NCBI GenBank assembly: GCA_013239625.1
Contig: MU053588.1
Span: 2,490,508-2,554,507 of the forward strand
Direction: 5' to 3'
DNA: 64,000 nt
Source of the DNA: Lama guanicoe
Lineage: Eukaryota
Every line of letters begins with the position of its first letter. The first letter of the stretch is position 1. Made by a program: the position numbers and the translations under genes. Below the pieces are notes generated by a model, which had not been told where the DNA came from, searched no databases, and saw only the letters and a program-made list of their open reading frames with translations. Shown in pieces: positions 22,272 through 44,592 of the stretch.

Positions 22272-22340
22272 TAGCCAATCACCCCACTGACTGTAGTAAC
22301 GTCAATGGTTGCTAAGCAGTTTCACGTACTAAAAGCTCTT
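22272..22340 (-). promoter_or_regulatory. RAB4B: MHC class II-like X-X2-Y (S-Y) module upstream of RAB4B
   Basis: The minus strand reads CTTAGCAACCAT (X/RFX, 22305-22316), TGACGT (X2/CRE, 22299-22304) and ATTGG (Y, 22275-22279) in canonical order. Confidence 0.75.
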
Positions 22341-22699
22341 TGCTCCAAGCTGGGTACCATACATAGGTGGGCACCTAGGCTTAGATATCACAAGCAAATG
22401 AGAAGGCGGAATAACCTAAACAGCCAAATTGGGGGATTGTAGTGTCCTCTTTAGACCAATAAGAGAACTATTGAACTACTGGCAATGAGTCAGTCGGATC
22501 ATGAGGAAGACAAAAAATGCAGAGGAGAGGTTTTCTAGGTTTTCTTAGATTATCTGCAAAGGGAGGTGGGAGGTTAACTTGGGTATCATCCCAATTTCAT
22601 CCTGCCTTTGAGAGCTGTACTCTCCAGCCCAAGATCACTCCTCTTCGAGGCTCTTTCTGTCAATCCTACCCTCTTCTCTGCATCCGTATGCCCGCCCCC

Positions 22700-23090
22700 A
22701 AGTTAGCTCCTACCCAATCTGGAACCTCGACCCTGCCCCCCGGACTTCTGACCAAATCCGTTTCTCTGCTCCGCGAAGCAACTCTGTGCCGCCCCTTCCC
22801 ACTGGCTCCGCCAATCATTCGTCTTGGTCCCGCCCCTCTTTCACCGCCAATCGGCTCTACTTCCCCCGCCCCGTGTCCACTGAGTCCACCAATCCCTGCC
22901 TTCGGGAAGCGTGGCCTGGTATCCCGCAGCCCTAGCGGGTCGTGCCGGAGGGGGGTGGAGGCGGAAGTGGCGGCGCCGGCCCCGGGAATAGGAAGGAGCC
23001 GGGGCTGCAACCCGAGTGGAGCGGCTGCCAGCCGAGGAGCAGGCGCGGCCGCGTCGCCATATTGCGGCCCTAAGTGGCCGTGACCGAGTC
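22700..23090 (+). promoter_or_regulatory. RAB4B: RAB4B CpG-rich promoter and 5' UTR
   Basis: Several CCAAT and GC boxes, ETS motif GCGGAAGTG 22961-22969, YY1-like CGCCATATT near 23055. Confidence 0.75.
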
Positions 23091-28095
<5,005 letters not shown>

Positions 28096-31000
28096 GACCT
28101 ACGGAGCCAGGTGGGATACTGGGGACTCAGCGACTGCAGGGCTGGTCTCCTGGCAAAGGGGAGTACAGAGCAGAGACAGAGACACTGAAAAGGAGAGATG
28201 ACAAGAGAAACAAGAGTGAGAAAGAAAGGTACAAGAACACTTGAGTTAAAGTAGCCACCTTCCCAGCCACAGGAAATCCACCCTCCTTTCCATCCCACTG
28301 CCGGCTCTCTGCCCTGGATCTCTGACCCTCCTATTCATAATCTGTGAAAGATTTCTCAAGTGCCTACTATGTGCCAGGCCCTGTTCAAGGCACTGGGGAT
28401 ATGGCAGAGGGTAGAACAGACAAAAATCCCTGCCCTGGTGGAGGAGGCAGACAATAAACAAGATACATAAGTAAACTGTGTAGTTAGGGAGATCAGAGCT
28501 GTGGAGAAGAATAAAGCAGGACTAGGAGGGTGGGGAGGGGAGGGGTGGTATGTTAAACCGGATGATAAGGGGAGGCCTCATTGACAAGGTGACATTTGAG
28601 CAAAGACCTGAAAGAAGTGAAGGAGAGGGTCATGTGGGGACCTGGGGAGAGAGTGTTCTAAGCAGAGAGAACAGCTAATGCAAAGGCCCTGAAGTAGGGT
28701 CGTGCCTGGCCTGGGCGAGGAAGTCGAGGCCAGTGCGACTGGAGTGGGTGTGTGTGTGTGGGGGTGTGTGTGTGTGTGTTGTTGGGTAGGTGAGTGGGAC
28801 ATGAGTTTGGGGTGGAGGCAAGCAGATGAGTCAGGGCGTTGTGGGCCCTGGGGAGGACTCTGGCTTATACTCTGGGTGGGATGGGAGCCATAGGAGGGCT
28901 CCAAACAGAGGAGGGACAAGATCTGATTCAGGTGTTCACAAGGTCCCTCTGGCTGCATATGTAGGAGAGACTGTGGGGAACAGGGGTGGTTGCTGGGAGG
29001 CCAGGGAGGAAGCCACTGCAAAGCTGAGGTGAACCGCTGTGGTGGACAGGACCAGGGTGGGGGCAGAGCAGGGGCTGAGAATGTGGATAGGTTCATATTC
29101 TCCCTGATCTCTGTCTCCAGTCTTGTCCCCTCTTGATGTAGTTACTGAGCCTTCCTAAAGCACAAATCTGATCTGCCCCTTCCCTGTTTAAAACCACCAT
29201 GGCTCCCAGGGTCCATGGGACAGAGCTGAAGTACCTCAGCCTGGTGTTTGACCCTCTGCAGGGGCTGTCCCCTGCCAGCCTCACTGGCCTCAACTCACAC
29301 CTCTCCCCACATGACAGGCCACTGCGGCTACACTGAAGTTCTTTCCCTTTCTCTGGGTCTTTGCTCCTGCTGTTCCCTCTATCAGGAACACTTTTCCTTC
29401 TCTCTCTTCTCTGGTAACTGCTTCCCCCTCCTCCAGGAAGCCTTGCTTGTTTCCCTGTGTTTGGTCCAAACTCCTTGACAGGCTTGAATGATCCCACAGG
29501 ATTTGGTCGCATCCCCACTTCTCCAGGGGTGTGTACATCTTGCTGATTCTCATCTCTGTGCTTCATGCCCACCCCCTTCCCCAGCCATTGGCAACTCCAG
29601 GGTTGCCTTGGAGCAGAGTGGTTAGACTTGGGATATATGTACTTTGAAAGCAGAGCCAACATAAGTTCCTGATGAATGGATATGGAATTTGAGAAAGAGG
29701 AATCATGGGTGAACTCTCTGGGCAGTGCCCTCTTTTCCTTCCAGGCCTTTGCATCTGCTGTGAGTGCCTGGGTATGCCTGTCCCCCTGCCTCCTTTCTGC
29801 CATCTATCATCAGGTCTCTGCTAAAATGACTCTTCCTGCAGAGAACCTGTACCGGCTTCCCAAATGGGGTCACTCCCTCTAGACGGGCGGTCTCACAACT
29901 GCTCCTCCTTTTTAAAGTGTTCAACTCTGTACACTTGATCACTGTTATCCGTACAGTGTTTGTCTTCCCCATCTGAGAAGGGAAGGAGGTGAGAGATCAC
30001 AGTCTCCAGAGCTGGGATGCCTGCATTTATACTCCAACTCTGTCACTTCATGGCTGTGTGATTCTGGGCAAATTGCTTAACCTCTCTGGGCCTTGGTTTC
30101 CTCACCTGTAAATGGGGCTAAAAGTAGTACCAACTTCATGAGGGTGTTGAAAAGATTAAGTTACTTCATGTAAAGTGCTTAGAACAGGGCCCAACTGAGA
30201 CGTGATAAATGAGGGCTGTTTATTAGTTTTCTTCTTATCCATTTAAAGACTCTGGGCTGTGTACTCGTCACCTCAAGACTTAATTTTGAGTCTGTTTTCG
30301 GGTTTGCCCTCAGTGTAATAAGACAGTGCATTTTCAAACTTTGTTGACTGCAGTCTGCAGGGGGAAATATATTTTATATGTTGATCTAATACAGTTACAC
30401 ATGTATAAAACCGAAGTTTTCCTTGTACTAATATTCTTTTTCTTAAAATCAAGGTGAAATTCACGTAAGTGTAGCCATTTTAAAGTGTACCATTCAGTGG
30501 CATTTAGTACATTCACAAGGTTGTGCAGCTACCACCGCCGTCTAAGTTCCAAAACATTTTCATGACCCTAAAAAGAAACCCCATACCCACTCTCATTTCC
30601 GCTCAGCATCTGGCTCCCACCCGCCTCCTTTTTATCTCTGTGGACCAACATTCTTATTACTTATGAAGCACTCTGTTATTCTCCATTCTATTTTATCTAT
30701 TTCAATTTTTAAAAATTGCTCAAGGCCCACCAAACTGATTTCCCAATCCACTAATACAGTGTTGCACATTGGAATCAACTGGAGAGCTTCATGAGCAACT
30801 GATGCTCAGGCCTTACCTCAGAGATTCTGAAGTGATTTTGGGATTTCTAGAAGATCCCAGGTAATGCTATCTGGAGCCAAAGCAAGAACCAAATGTGTCT
30901 CCTCAGTCTGGAAAACACTGGAATGAGACCTAGAGCTGGGGTGATCCAGGAACATAGAGAAACACAGGTGCAAAGGTGAGGAGACAAAATTTAGAAATTG

Positions 31001-31202
31001 CCATGGCCTTCTACAGACTCAAGGAGACAACTCTCTGAGGAGAATAAACAGGGAGGTGCACGTGCCCTCAGAGTCAGAGCTCCAAGTCACCTTCATGGAC
31101 AGACAGGCCCAGACAGGAGGACAGGAAGAGACCCAGAAATGAGGCAGACACCAACTGGACAGACCCAAGATCCCTCCGGTTCACTGCACACTTTTCTTTC
31201 AG

Positions 31203-31585
31203 CTCAGCTGTTCTCCAGGACCAACCCTGTCCTTCCGGCTGGGGCCCAGACCTAGGCCCTGGGAGGCCGAGGCCCTCACCTGCCCTGGCCCCAGAGAAGC
31301 TGCCCTGCCACCTGTCCCCCTTCCCTGGCCTGGTGGGGCCTGGCTGAGGGGCAAGACTGAGCCACGGGGGAAGGGGGAATCTGTACCTGCTGCTGCTTCC
31401 TCTGTCTTGGCTAACCCCTGTTCCCCCAAACCCCTGATCATACTCAAAGAGTTCCCAAAGCCTGAAACCAGGGCCATTTGGCCTTAGCTCCCCTGGCCCT
31501 GCTGTTGCGAGTACGTGTTATTTATTACCTGGAGGCCTGTCCTGTCCCCATCCTGCCCCCATAAAGCATTGTTTACACCTGTGTC
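31203..31585 (+). other. RAB4B: Probable non-coding terminal exon (3' UTR) of RAB4B
   Basis: Donor CAG|GTGGGA at 28111, 15 nt after the stop; acceptor CTTTTCTTTCAG ending at 31202; ARE TTATTTATT 31518-31526; variant signal CATAAA 31560-31565. Confidence 0.7.
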
Positions 31586-32829
31586 CTGGCCTCTGTCATT
31601 TTGGGGTGGGAGGGAGGGGAGACTGAAGAGGTTCCAGATGGTGTTTGTAGCCATGTTTTGGGGTTGGACATGGTGTGGGGGTCCACCATGACTCTGTGGC
31701 TTAGGTGTCTGTCATGGAGGGAGTTTGCCTGCATATGTAACACTGATGTCCCTTTGTGATGTGTGTGTGTTGGGATCTGTAGGAATGTCTGCTGCTTGTG
31801 TGTGTGTGTGTGAGACACTGTTGCCTGTGACTATTCTGTGTCCTTGGAGATTGTGTCCGTGAGGCTGGTGTTTGAGACACCAAGGCTAGGGAATGAGAAT
31901 TCAGGCCTGTTCGTGAGCCCTGGGTCTGGGCCAGGTGGGTGATAGCTATCTATGCATGTCTGATGCCTGAAAATCCGAGGAAGTGACTGATGTTTGGTGT
32001 GTGACTGTGTATGTGTGCCCTGAGATCTGTGTGAGTTTTGTTGTGAATTTGGCTCTTTTGATAACTGACCATGAACCCTGAAGACTGTGTGGGTCTTTCT
32101 GCAACCCTGACTCCTGTGCAAATTTGAGATCGGTATGTTATTCCTGTGACGAGGTGAACCTCAGATAACTGCACATGCTGTACCAGAGACAGGTGCAGCG
32201 CGCTCAGGACATCAGGACACTCCCAACTGATCACCAACTACCAAGTTGTCCTTAAACCATCGGGAGGCCTGAGTCCTGGCTCAGCCTGGCTGGTGGTGAA
32301 GAGGGCAGGGTATTTAAATAATCTCATCCGCATAGTCCTCCCAGGCTAGGTCGTCTGAAATGTTCAAAAGACTCAAGGCTGTCATGCGAATGTCTTCTCT
32401 CCGTAGCTTTCCTAGGTCGTCATAATTGTCCCGATGGGACACAGCAGAATGGGTCAGGATACGTTTGCACAGCCCTTCTGGTCATCTCTCCCTCCTCGCA
32501 AGGTCGTTCCTCACTTTTTTCCTCCGTTATAAAAAGTCCTTACGTAAATTACTGGTGTGCAAATTTACATACATTTCCCAACTAATTGCGCAGACGTTTC
32601 TCAATATCTCATTCCTATTCTTGGGCTGTGAGAAGGCGGAGCTGTCCATGTAAATAATATCGGCGATTTGCATGCCACTCCCCGATCCAGCTACTCCTCT
32701 TTCTGCGCAGGGCTCTTGGCTCAGAGGGGGGTGGGCCTGTCTATGTAAATATGATTATTTGCATACCCCTCCCACCCTTCCTTGGCAATATATGTGCAGA
32801 AACCACCCCCAGCTTTGGATCCAGCCCTT

Positions 32830-33420
32830 CCTAACGGCGTTCATTCTCTCGCGCAAAAAGGGCGGAGCAGAGGACGCAAACAAGCCTTGCATCGGTAACC
32901 GGCCCACTTCCCCTTTCCCGAGGATGGGGGTCTTCTGAACTTCCTCGCCCCGCCCCGTGTGGCCCGTGCCTGCGCACGCACCTCCTTCTCCGCCCGGGCG
33001 CGATCACGTGCCCACCGGGCGAGGCGGGGGCGGAGCGTCGCGGGTGGTGGGGGCGGGGTATGGCGCGCTGTGCGGCGCAGGGCGGCTGGCACAAACGGCG
33101 GCGCCGGGGCCGTAGGAAAAAGCTCGGTAAGGAGAGCGCGGAGAAGGAAGAGAGAGGGGAAGGAGAAGGCGTTCCAGTCGGGGCGCCGGTGGGAGCCGAG
33201 TGGGGGGCGCTCGGGGCACGCCTTAGCCGTTGGGGGGGGTTGGGGTGGGAGCGAGGAGCTCGCGGCGGGGGGAGGGGGATGGGAGGGGTGGTGGCCTGGG
33301 GTCCAGGCGGTCCCTAGGCCCTACCTCTGTCGCCTGCTGCGCCCTGAGGGGTCCCAAGGCCCGCACGGAAGGGACTTGGGAGGGGAGCGCTTTTTACCCT
33401 AGTCCTGTCCCCAAAGCGTG
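32830..33420 (+). promoter_or_regulatory. EGLN2: EGLN2 CpG island with promoter and non-coding first exon
   Basis: Dense CpG, GC boxes, CACGTG 33005-33010, donor TCG|GTAAGG at 33127, and acceptor (CT)n CCAG ending at 34074. Confidence 0.78.
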
Positions 33421-34039
33421 AACCCTCCTCCACCCTTCCCTCTGTCGCTGTGGACCCTGCTCCCACGGCTCCCTTCCGTCTCTCTCTGTCTCAGGACCTC
33501 CCTTCCGTCTGGGTGTGTGTCAGCCCCCAACAAGCTTCCTCCTGTTGGGCCTAGGTCGACCCCTCCACCCCGTTCTGTCCGGCTGTCTCAGACCCGCCCT
33601 CCCAGCTTCTCTCTGGTGTGTTTTTCTCTGGGTTCCCCAGTTTCCACTGCCTGTGGATCCCCACATTCTCTGTGTCTTCCAGGCAGATCCCCACCCCCTC
33701 CTCCCCGTCTGTTTGTTTCTAACTCTCCTACTCCCCCCTTCGCCATCGTTTTCTACTTAAGGTTCTCTCTCCTGGAGGTCTGTGAGTCTGTGTCTGTCCG
33801 AAGATGCTCTATTCCACAGCCCCCACTGCAGCCCTCTGTCTCTGGGTCATCTACCCAGCCTCCTCCAGCTGCCCCCCTCATTGACCCTTGTCTGTCAGTG
33901 ATTTCTCCCAAATTCCCAGAGTTTTCTTCCCCACGTGGCCTCAGGTTTTGGGGTCTTTGTAACTGTGTATCTTCCTCTCTACTGCCCTTAGCACTCCGTA
34001 CCCCTTCCCCCAACCTACCTGCCTGTAGCTCTTCTCACA

Positions 34040-34071
<32 letters not shown>

Positions 34072-34106
34072 CAGCCACCTTGACAGGTCCCTTGTCAAGT
34101 CCCTAG

Positions 34107-40560
<6,454 letters not shown>

Positions 40561-41268
40561 TGGCCAGCCCCAGAGCTGCATGGACAGACAGCTTGCTGTG
40601 ACTTCGAGAGAGCCTTGGCCTGGTGCTTCCTGGCCAGCAGCCCACCAGTCTCAGTGCCTGCTCCTTCCCCGCCACTGCCGCTGCTTCTGACTTTGCCTCT
40701 GTCCTGCCTGGTGTGGAGGGCTCCGTCCATCACTGAGGACCAAGGAGGAGAGACTTCTGCTGCCCTGGGTTGGGGGCTGGGGTTATGACCTGGGCAGGGG
40801 CCAGTGTTGGGGGCTACCATTACTGGATTTGGGGGCTTGTGTCCTGCTCTGTCTGGTCGTGCCCCTCTCAGGTTTGGAGAGCTGGAAGGAGGCATTGCCA
40901 CCTCCCACCAGGATGCAGGATTTGGGGTTGGGGTGAGTCATGGCCTCTTGCTGGCAAAGGTTTGTGGGGGGAGTATCCCCGAGCCCCCCACTCTTCCAGC
41001 CTGGAATGTGAAGTGACTCCCCAACCCCTTTGGCCGTGGCACCTTTTGGACTTGGCTGCCGCTGCTTGGGCAGAATCAAAGGTGCTGGGAGGAGCATGGG
41101 TGTGAAAGTCCTGTCAGCCAAGAAATAAAAGTTTACCTCAGCTGCACACATATGCCTCTGGCTCCCTCTGGGTAAGGAGAAGCCTCTATTTGCAATTCAG
41201 AGCCTTTATTGACCAAAGGGGTTAAGGAGCTCTGAGAGCCAGTGAGCAGAGAGTGGCTGAGCCTGACC

Positions 41269-44200
41269 TCAGTGGGCCACACGGCAGAGCTGGAAGGCTG
41301 GGGAGACATTGCCCAGGCCAGTGCACTGCGGGTGAGGTCGATGTTGGGGGGGGGGCTCCCCAGAGGTTGCAGGCAGAACCGCTGTAGAATGAAGGTGAGG
41401 AAGGTCTCCAATAGGGCCAGGCCTGCACCCAGGCACATCCACTTTCCTAGGGATGCACATGTGAGATGAGAAACCCCTGTGCCCCAAGGATCATCCAGAC
41501 TGGTCCCCTCCCTGCCCAGCCGATACCTGGGGCAAAGGGCATGAAGGCATTGTTGCTCTGGAACTAGCACTCGTTCAGGAAGTTGGTGGGGTTGAAGCAT
41601 TCTGGGTCCTTGAATTGAGTGGGGTCCCAGTGCACAGACAGAAGTAGAGGAATCACAAAGATGCCTTGGGGTGATATGCAATGGTTACCCTAAAACTTGG
41701 CAAGCAACTGCCTTCCACTCATCTAAAACCCCATTTTAGAAGCTCTTGGCAAAGCAAGCCACCTTTCTTGGTCCCAGGGCTATGTGAATGCTGTGAATGC
41801 TCATGCCTGCTCATCTTCATTAATAGGCCCTCCCCTGTCCCTGCGCAGACCCCCGGGTTTCAGTGGGCACCTTGGGCAGAAAGTGGCCACGCAGGTGGAT
41901 GTTGCGGGTGAGGAAGTGTGGCAGCTCCAGCGGCAGCACACTGATGAAGCACTGGATCTCGTGCGGCACGGCGTTGGTGTAAGGCAGGCGGTGGCGGTCC
42001 TCCAGGTGTGGGGCACGTATCCGAATTACTGCGGCATCCAGATCGGCCTGCACTTTGACTGGAGCTGGCAGAGTGTGAACTGAGCATGCCCCAGCCCCCA
42101 GCCATCCCCAAACCCTGGCGCCTTCATCCATGACTCTCCAGCTCCCAGACCTGCCACCTCTGGATACTTGAGCAGAATGGGGAGCCCATAACGCAGATTG
42201 GTGCTTGTGGCCTCAGTGCTGCCAAAGAGGTTGTGTGTCTTTATCACCAACGTCTCCTCCTGGAAGTGGCTCTCCGGGTCCTGTTCCTGTGGGCAGAGGA
42301 GATAGGTGCTGCGCTTGTCAGGCTTCTGCTGGTGGGCAGCAGGGATAGAGTTTAGGGCAGCATGACCCTTCACCTTATCCACCTGATCCAGGAAACAGTC
42401 GATGAAATCGAGAGTCACCCCAGGCTGCTGCCTCTGCCAGTGCCGTTGGATTTGCTGAGAGATGAAAACCCGAAGGTCCGTGAAGTTTCGGAAGATTCGG
42501 TGGTGCAGGCCGGGAGCCAGTCCAGGAGGGAGGGGAAAATGTACATCGAGGGGGATAGGGGGTCAGTACGACATTGAACAATACTACTAGTTTACCCATG
42601 GGAAGACTGGACCAGAATTTTGATGTTGTATGTTCCAGAATTCCAAGATTCTAAAACTGTCCCATTCTAATGATCCAATGTAGGTCCGTGGACTAGGGAT
42701 TTGGCAGATTTGGCATACGAGGGAGATACTGGTGCCGACGCTCTCATCTCGCCCCGTCTGGAGCTTATGACGTGGAAGGTGTCATTGAAGAGGTCCAGGA
42801 GCTTCAGGAATTCCAGATCCTCGTAGCCATAGCGGTTCCCAAAGACCACGGAACAGATAACAGACATGGCATTATCTAGTAGTCGTCGGGGGTCGAACGG
42901 GGCTCCTGGGAGTGGGAACGAGAGGAGGTGGTATGCTGTGGCTCCGCCCCTACCTAGCTCTTGGGCTTACTGGCTTCTTTCCACCCAAACGCTTTCCTTC
43001 TGCCCTTTCTTGTCCAAAGGCCACACCCACAACAGGTCCCTCTCCTTTTCTGACCAGGCCTCACCAATGGTGGCTTGAAATTCGCCAAGCAGACAAGCCG
43101 CCTCTTCCTGAACACGCTCCTTGATGGTCCGCGTTTCCAGACCGAACCCCTTAAGTGCTCCAAGTGCAAAATTGCGCAGGGTTTGCCACCGCTGCCCGTT
43201 GGAACACTAGATGCCTGGGGGTGGGACAGAGAAGGGGATGGGCCGGGGAGTTAGCCCCGACCCAACCCGAAAGCATCTCCAGTAGTGGAGACGACTTCCC
43301 ACAACCTTTCGTTCTGCTTCTTTTCCAGGCCTCTTGGTTGCCACCCCAGCCTTCTCGGCCCTGTACACACATTGGCCCCACCTCTGCTGGTCCCGATCCC
43401 TGACAATTGCTTGCTCTCCTTGACTTGGACTTTTAGACTTTTCACTTCTATTGGCTGCATGAAGGAGCAGCCCCTCCGCCCCCCGCCCTTTCGACCCCTA
43501 CACTGTAGCTGCACCTCGACCTCTCCTTGCAGTCTGTCCTCATTAGCCTTGACTCTGTTAGGCCCCGCCCCATTTTTTCCGTCCCACTCTTGATCGCCCA
43601 AACTGGATGGTCCAGGCCCGCACTTCTGCTGCCAGGGCTTCACGGTTTCCGTGTGTGAAGCTTTCGAAGACTGCCATGGCCTAGCAGCTGGAGAAGGCAT
43701 CAGCTTGCAGTACTAATGTGTCTCGCAGCGCTGCGTATCCGCACTGCACCACAGCCCAGCCACACTGTGAACACTGGGCCCCAGTGGCCAGAGAGCTACA
43801 CGGAGCCGGTGCTCAGCGGGTCCCGTTCTGGACTCCTGACCCCTCCTCCATCGAGACCCCAGAGCCTGGCCCGCAGCTTCTTCCTCCTACAGACCCAGCA
43901 GTCCAGACTCCCACTCCACCCTGTCTTCTCTCACGATCTGTAAGTCCCGGTCCCCAGCTCCCAGCACTCTAAGAACTAGGTGTCCTGGACCACAATACCT
44001 CCCTGCCTTGAACCAGAACAGATCTCTCTGCTATCCTTCCCCTGGGATCAGACCATCCTCCCCAAGGCTCCTCCTCCCTCAGGATCCAGAAATGGGGGGG
44101 GTTGGGGGGGTCACAGCACGGCTCCATCGTGAACCAGGAGCTCAGGCCCACAGCCCCTTTTCCCACCGGATCTGACTCCCACCCCAGTCTCCTCGTCTGT

Positions 44201-44592
44201 CACAACCAGGTGTCCTGCACCAAGGTTTTCCACTCCAAGTCTCCCTTCCTGGATCACAGGACTCCAGGTCCTTCAATCTCTCTCAGGACTCACAGGGTCT
44301 GAGCCCTCAGCTCTGTCTTTAGAGCTGGTTCAGAGAACCAGGAGTTCCAGCCCCCAGCCCCATCTCCACAAATCCAGAATTCTGTCTCCCCACCCACTGT
44401 CAGGGCTACCTCCATGAGTGCACGGTCCAGGCGTCCAGACTCCAGCTGCAGTAAGTTCCCCAGAAGCGGAAGTGGTGTGGGCCCAGGGGGTAGGGCCCTC
44501 TGTGCCTGAGTTCCCCAGGCACCCCAGTTCTACCTGACTAGTGCCAGTAGCAAGACCAGCAACAGCAGCGCTGTGACGCCAGTAATCATCAT
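41269..44592 (-). pseudogene. CYP2T: CYP2T unprocessed pseudogene. Exon remnants 44410-44592, 43644-43795, 43065-43214, 42748-42905, 42374-42546, 42151-42286, 41871-42058, 41527-41665, 41269-41446
   Basis: CYP2 nine-exon layout with PPGPTPLPLLGNLLQL, VICSVVFGNRYGYED, DFIDCFLDQ and FAPGKWMCLG. Stops at 44530, 43681, 43207 and 41564; frameshifts in exons 2, 5 and 9; dead splice sites. Lies between EGLN2 and CYP2F. Confidence 0.9.

Noticed and set aside
29093..29803. 236-aa minus-strand ORF
   Set aside because: Lies within L2-like repeat debris in the RAB4B 3' UTR intron; no coherent protein signal.
33418..34083. 221-aa Pro/Ser-rich ORF
   Set aside because: Lies in the CT-rich first intron of EGLN2, starts at GTG, and is low complexity.
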